A stretch of 64,000 nucleotides of DNA from Cycas panzhihuaensis. Lineage: Eukaryota; Plantae; Cycadophyta. The stretch covers positions 159,781,741 through 159,845,740 of the forward strand of contig CM041465.1 in the NCBI GenBank assembly GCA_023213395.1. The letters run 5' to 3'. The notes beneath the pieces are model-generated. The model ran no database searches, was not told the DNA's origin, and worked only from the letters and a program-made list of their open reading frames with translations. Below are positions 57,641 through 64,000 of the stretch, in pieces (within the stretch, counting starts at the first letter, position 1; each line of letters starts with the position of its first letter). Both the position numbers and the translations under genes were made by a program.

Positions 57641-58980
57641 CTTCTAATTTGATGAATAAAATAATCATAATTTAATGTATTCAACATTTGGCATATTTTG
57701 TTTATATGCTGGATTAAATGATCTCATTCCTTCAAGTATTTTAGTAGATCATATTCTATGGTAACATTTTGAAAGTAATATCATTGTTATTTTTAGTGAT
57801 ATACTATATGGATGCTATAGGAAGTGACAAAGGCTATAATTTGGGCATAAATAACAATTGATATGAAAGTGGATAAAGCTCACAATCAATACTGTATACT
57901 ATGTTTAGATAAGCTTATAAACACTGTAACTCTAAGCTTATAAATAAATAATATATTTATGATGTTAATCTTTAGACTATGATTATGAATATATCACTAT
58001 ACTACCCTTATAGATGGGTTGACATGGACAACTTAACTATAGTCTTCTTTATAATTGAGAAAATTATTCATAATTATGAGTGCTCAAATAGTCAAAAAGC
58101 CCAAATAATCATTTTAAGAAATATAAGTAGTATTAATATATATATTACTTTACTTAAATACTTATAATGATATAATTACAAGATATGTAAGTGTTGATGT
58201 TAATACTTGAAATTAAATAAGTATTATATCTTAATTTATTGGGAATATCAAAAATTAGACTTTTGACATATAATTTTGAAATTCAATTTAATACTTGATT
58301 TTAAATGAAACACTATGTTATATAGTGATAACCATATTAGATTATTAATAATACTTAATAAATATCATTAATAAATATTAGATGAAGTTTTATTATAACA
58401 ACAGAGGCTGAATGAATGTTTAAATTATTGTGAGTAAATAATATATTAAACATTGTACTAATATCATTAAATAGAGGACAACTAAATAGAAATATTTTAT
58501 AGATTGATATGATGATAAAAACTATGGCAATGGACGATTGGGGAATGGTGGCGTCGCTTTAAATGGAAATAATTTTTTGCAAAATATAGACAAATGACTA
58601 GACAAATGTCATATCTATAATGACAAATGGAAGAGGACGACATAGGAAGTCTTACTACAAATAGGCTGATGGACTACCACAGAAATGATCAAGGAAGATG
58701 CACAATGTAGAGGGTTAATGTATTGTAAATACTTATAGATTCATAGTGATAAAGAGTTATATATATGTGGATGCAATGATGTGATATGTAGGTTCATAAT
58801 TCATAAAACATTACCAAGACTATAAATTTACAATGATAAATTATAATTTTACCCAAGGCAAATGTTTTATTGAATGGATATGGCAACCATAGTGACAATC
58901 AAATTAACTTGAATTAGGGTGGCTCAAACTAAATCAATCACAAGAATATTCAGTCTGAAGCTATGTAGAGATTTCTTGTG

Positions 58981-59667
<687 letters not shown>

Positions 59668-62600
59668 ATAAATTTTGTCTATAATGTTATGATTAGATAC
59701 AATGGTTGTTAGGTGTTATTATTAAAGTATATTAGTGTTACATTATGATAATAGTAGATAATAGTCCAGAAGATGAAATGACTTAGTTTATGTTTTGTAT
59801 GCTATGTAATAGCTTGAATATGAAGTACTAAGATTAATAGGCATGGCACAAGATATGCAAGCAAGATATATATAGAGTATATAAAAGATGAAACAAATAA
59901 ATAGTCAAATGCACTATAATAAAAACAAGGAAGAAGTCACTAGTGAAGGAACTTAACAATAATAAGAATTATTAATGAAAATGAGGATCAAACATTATTG
60001 ATCTTGAGAAGTATTTCCCAATGCAATTAAAGGTGAAGCATTGGAGACTACAAGTCTTGTGTTGGCTTGGATTATGAAGGTGTTACAGAGAGAATTGATA
60101 ATATGTGATGCATGAAAAGAAATATTATAATGCAGTGATACAACGAGGCAACAGGGCTTGTAAAACCAAGGAAAGTACTCTGATACCACTTGAGGTGACC
60201 CAATCTAGTCACACTCATAAACAGAAGACAAGCTTAGTCAAAGACCTAAAATTTAAAGGATAATTGATTAAATAATGATGAATCATTTATTGATAGATGT
60301 TTAATATTATATAGAAGAATGCATTTATAGTCTATCCATGGAAGGATGGATTTGATTAATAAATAGACATGACCCTTCACTAATCTAATCTGATTATTTA
60401 TACATAAATGCATCATTTAAGCTCACTACAAATGTTCTCCCTTATGAAGCCTACTAGGATGCACAACTATCTTTCCTTAAATAAGTAGCCATCCTGTATA
60501 AAGTAATCACCATACAAAGAGCCATGTCTCTTAAAGGATTCTTATAATGCTTAATAATTATTCCAAAATTAGGGTCTGAGTTATACAAATCCTTAATGGC
60601 TTCAAATCCTACCACCTCATTTACCATGGTGCTCAATAATGCCACTCACCTACTTAATGTGTTAATAATACAATTTTATTTTCCTAATTTGTGGCTCAAA
60701 ATAAATGTAAATCTTTGTAGATAAGACACCCACTTAGCATACCTAGAATTTAATTTCCTTTATGCATTTACATACGTCAAGGTTTGGTGATCAATAAACA
60801 AGATAAATTTCTTAGGTATAAGGTAATGTCTCTAATACCTCAAAGCCTGGACAATTATATAAAATTCCAAGTCATAGGTTGAATACCTTCTTCTTACCTT
60901 ATTAATCTTCTCATTATATAATGTTATAGATTTTCCTTCTTGACTGAGAACAACTCTGATTATAACATATGAAGCATCATAATTTACTTTAAATATTTTT
61001 ATAAAGTCTAGTAGTAAAGCATAGGTATCTTGGTTACCTTTTTCTTTAAGAGTTGGAAGTTATTCTTTGCTTTCTTGATCTATGTTAGCCCCTTACACTT
61101 TGTGTAATCTATTAATGGTGTAATAATTCCAATAAAGTTCCTAATGAACTTTTCATAAAAATGAGCTAGACCCTGAAATCTTCTTATCTCTATCATAGTC
61201 CTAGGTACTGGCCACTCAATAATTACCTTGATCTTCTCCTCATCCATTCATAATACCTCTTGTAAAATTATAAAGCCTAGAAATACCAAGCTCCTTTGTA
61301 TAAATCTATATTTCTTCATACTTGCATATAACTTCTCTCTCCTTAACACTTTAGGAACCATCCTTAGGTGTATTAAGCACTCCTCCTTAGCCTTACTTAA
61401 AATAAAAATGTCATCAAAATATATAACTATAAGTTTACCAATGAAGGATCACAACATATTGCATCAATCTCATGAATGTGCTTGGGGCATTCAACATCTT
61501 GAATGGCTTGACTAGCCATTCATATAATCCATCCCTTATTTGGATCTAATGATACCTACTCTTAAGGTCAATCTTTATAAAGTAGGAATAACCTACTAAT
61601 AAATCTAGTATATCACCCATATGAGGTATGGAAAACTAATATTTAATTGTTATCTTATTGATTGCTCTAAAATTAATACACATTTGCCATGAGCCATCTT
61701 TCTTTGGACTTACCAATAATGGAACTACATAGGGACTAAAGCTTTCTCCTAGAATTCCCTTTTGCACTAATTTGCTAACTTATCAATTTAACTCCTCATT
61801 CTCCATTGATATTATTTGATAAGTTATTTGGTTTGGTAAACTTAACCCTAGGATTAGGTCAATTTGGTGTTGAATATCTCTCATGGGTGGTAAGCTACCA
61901 GGTAACTCATATGGGATAACATCAATATAATCCTCCAATAACCCTACTACCTTACTTAGTATCTCACTGTTATCCTCCTCTATTTATCTTACCATTAAGG
62001 TATAATAAATGCCAACCTCTTGTACATGTTTCATAAATTATTTATGGTCAATATGATTTCTATATATCCTTCTTCCTTAAGTGGTAATATCTTCAAATTT
62101 ATACTATTCTTCCATAATGCATAGGTATTATTCTTTCCACCATGAAAAGCATTCCTGATATACTACCATGGCCTCCCTAATAATAGATGGCACATATCTA
62201 TAAATATCATATCATACCATATCTCATCGTGATATGATTTCTTAATGCTAAATTTAAGAAAACATCTCTTGTCAATGGTTATTTCATTTTCTTTTTGGAA
62301 CAGAAAAATATGGTATGGATATGGATGTGCTTCACAAATTAATCTTAACTTTTCTACCATTTCATTGGAGACCATATTCTCATAACTACCACCATCAATT
62401 ATAACTTTACATTCCTTTCATCCCATGGTTCATCCTATTATGAAAATGTTAGTTTATAGCCATGAATTATTATCTATCTTTACCTTTCTTTTATCTTATA
62501 TGGGTTGTTATCTTAGTGTTATTATGGTCTTCAGATAATTATGCTCTCACCTTTATCTTCTATGATTCCTTTATTACCATCTTTATTTTAGGCCAATTTC

Positions 62601-63247
62601 ATCCTTGATGCTCTTCCCACATTTAGGATTATTCCTCATGGTGACAAGGGTATTGAAATGCACTTTGTCCTTCTTTCCTATATTTGAAACAAACACAAAG
62701 TTTTCTCTATTCTTTTTTGCCATTAAAACCCATGCTTTATTAGCCTCCTAAAAATCCTTTTCCCTTGAGTTGGTTCTAAGTTCTTCCTCCTTATATTTTT
62801 CCCTACCTCTCTTCTTCTTTTCCTTCAATCCTATTGGATGATTCTCCTCTCATATAGGGGATTCATCTTCTACCTTTGTGTAAATTTAATGAACCTCTTC
62901 TCATCATAAAGGAACTTTAAGTAGAATGCTTATTTTTCTTCTCTTCTACTTTTAATGCTAATTGATATGCATCTTTCATGTTTTTTACTCTATGCATGAT
63001 AAGTTCATCCTAAATTAAAAACTTTAAACCATTTGCATACCTTACAGTGACTTGTTTATATATATCCTCTAGCTCCACATGAATGAAAATCTTATAAAAC
63101 TAATTTATGTAGTCTTGTATTGTCATTTCTTTTTTCTTTAAGTTATGGAACTTTTTGAAGAGGGTCTAAGAATAATTGATTGGTAACTTCTCTTTTAACT
63201 TCTTAACCATTTTGGTCTATGTTCTAATCTCCTTTTTGCCTTTCTTC

Positions 63248-63380
63248 ACCCTCTTCTTTTACAGGTGATCCTACCAAATACTTACATGTCCCTTTAACTT
63301 TGTGCATGTAAACTTTACCTTGTCCCTACCCTCTTCTTTTACAGGTGATCCTACCAAATACTTGCATGTCCCTTTAACTT
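63248..63380. repeat. 53-bp near-perfect direct duplication in CRM-like gag
   Basis: 63248-63300 vs 63328-63380, one mismatch. Confidence 0.92.
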
Positions 63381-64000
63381 GTTCTCTTTGGTCATGCTCT
63401 TCTATTTGAAGAACTTCTCTATGGCATTTAGCTAGTCTACTAGCTCCTCTAGTTTTAAACTTCCCTAGTAGTCTAAAATATTAATATTGATTCCATTTCT
63501 CTTAACTTCAAATACTTTTAAGAATCTTTCTTCCATTTCATGTGGTTCTTATGGATTACCATTTTATAGTCTTACACCATCTTTACTTAATGCCTCTTCT
63601 TTACTAGTATTTCCTTTGTGCCTTTATCTTAATACTGTAGTTGCAAGCTATTCTATTCTGCTCTATAGTTTCTATAGGTTTTTGTTCATTTTAGAATAAT
63701 TTACTCTTCCTCCTTTTCTTCTTATTTTTTATTGATCTTCTCTTTACCCAACCACTTTAGGTTCTAAAGCTTTTCTTATAAGATTTCTGTAAGGCTCCTA
63801 ATCCCTAATAAGTACTTCCTTATCCTTTTAATAGGAATACTCTACCACCTTTATAGTTTTATTAATAAATATCCATTATAATACCTCAAAGTTTTATGAT
63901 TTTTTTTCAATCCCAGAGTTAAACCATGCTTTGATACTAAATGATGAGGATAGCCTACAAGAAAAATATTTAATTTCACATGCATAAACTTAACATAAAG

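Noticed and set aside
58520-58720. CpG-retaining, exon-like patch
   Set aside because: No ORF or recognisable protein; lies within the leader of the gag-only element.

Overview
AT-rich, strongly CpG-depleted plant nuclear DNA made almost entirely of nested, decayed retrotransposons. One gag remnant looks gymnosperm-like, but the species cannot be determined from this window. I found no intact host gene, RNA gene or CRISPR array; the ORFs in the track are TE pseudogene fragments, microsatellite read-throughs or short random ORFs. Left to right: a chromovirus gag remnant (~1.75-2.45 kb, -); an internally deleted Ty1/copia (4469-8481, -); two near full-length L1-clade LINEs with C-terminal RNase H (~9125-15412 and 16093-22547, -); a second copia family (~22.6-32.4 kb, -) whose gag is split by a non-coding LTR element (26861-31095, +); a chromodomain Ty3/gypsy (~33.0-45160, +) split by a full-length copia of the first family (38013-43393, -); a relative of the non-coding LTR element (~45.2-47.2 kb, -); a gypsy gag remnant (~48.05-48.9 kb, -); a ~1.85 kb (TA)n tract; and a CRM-like chromovirus (54141 to the window end, -) split by a short-LTR gag-only element (56040-60430, -). 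Most noteworthy: tandem tRNA-Met PBS-like motifs at the LTR ends of the non-coding family, a Q/G-rich prion-like segment in a copia Gag, pervasive non-CG C>T decay visible in every TSD, and a gag-only element with an unexplained coding-like extension. All alignments were done by eye, and none of these is demonstrated to be a new system.
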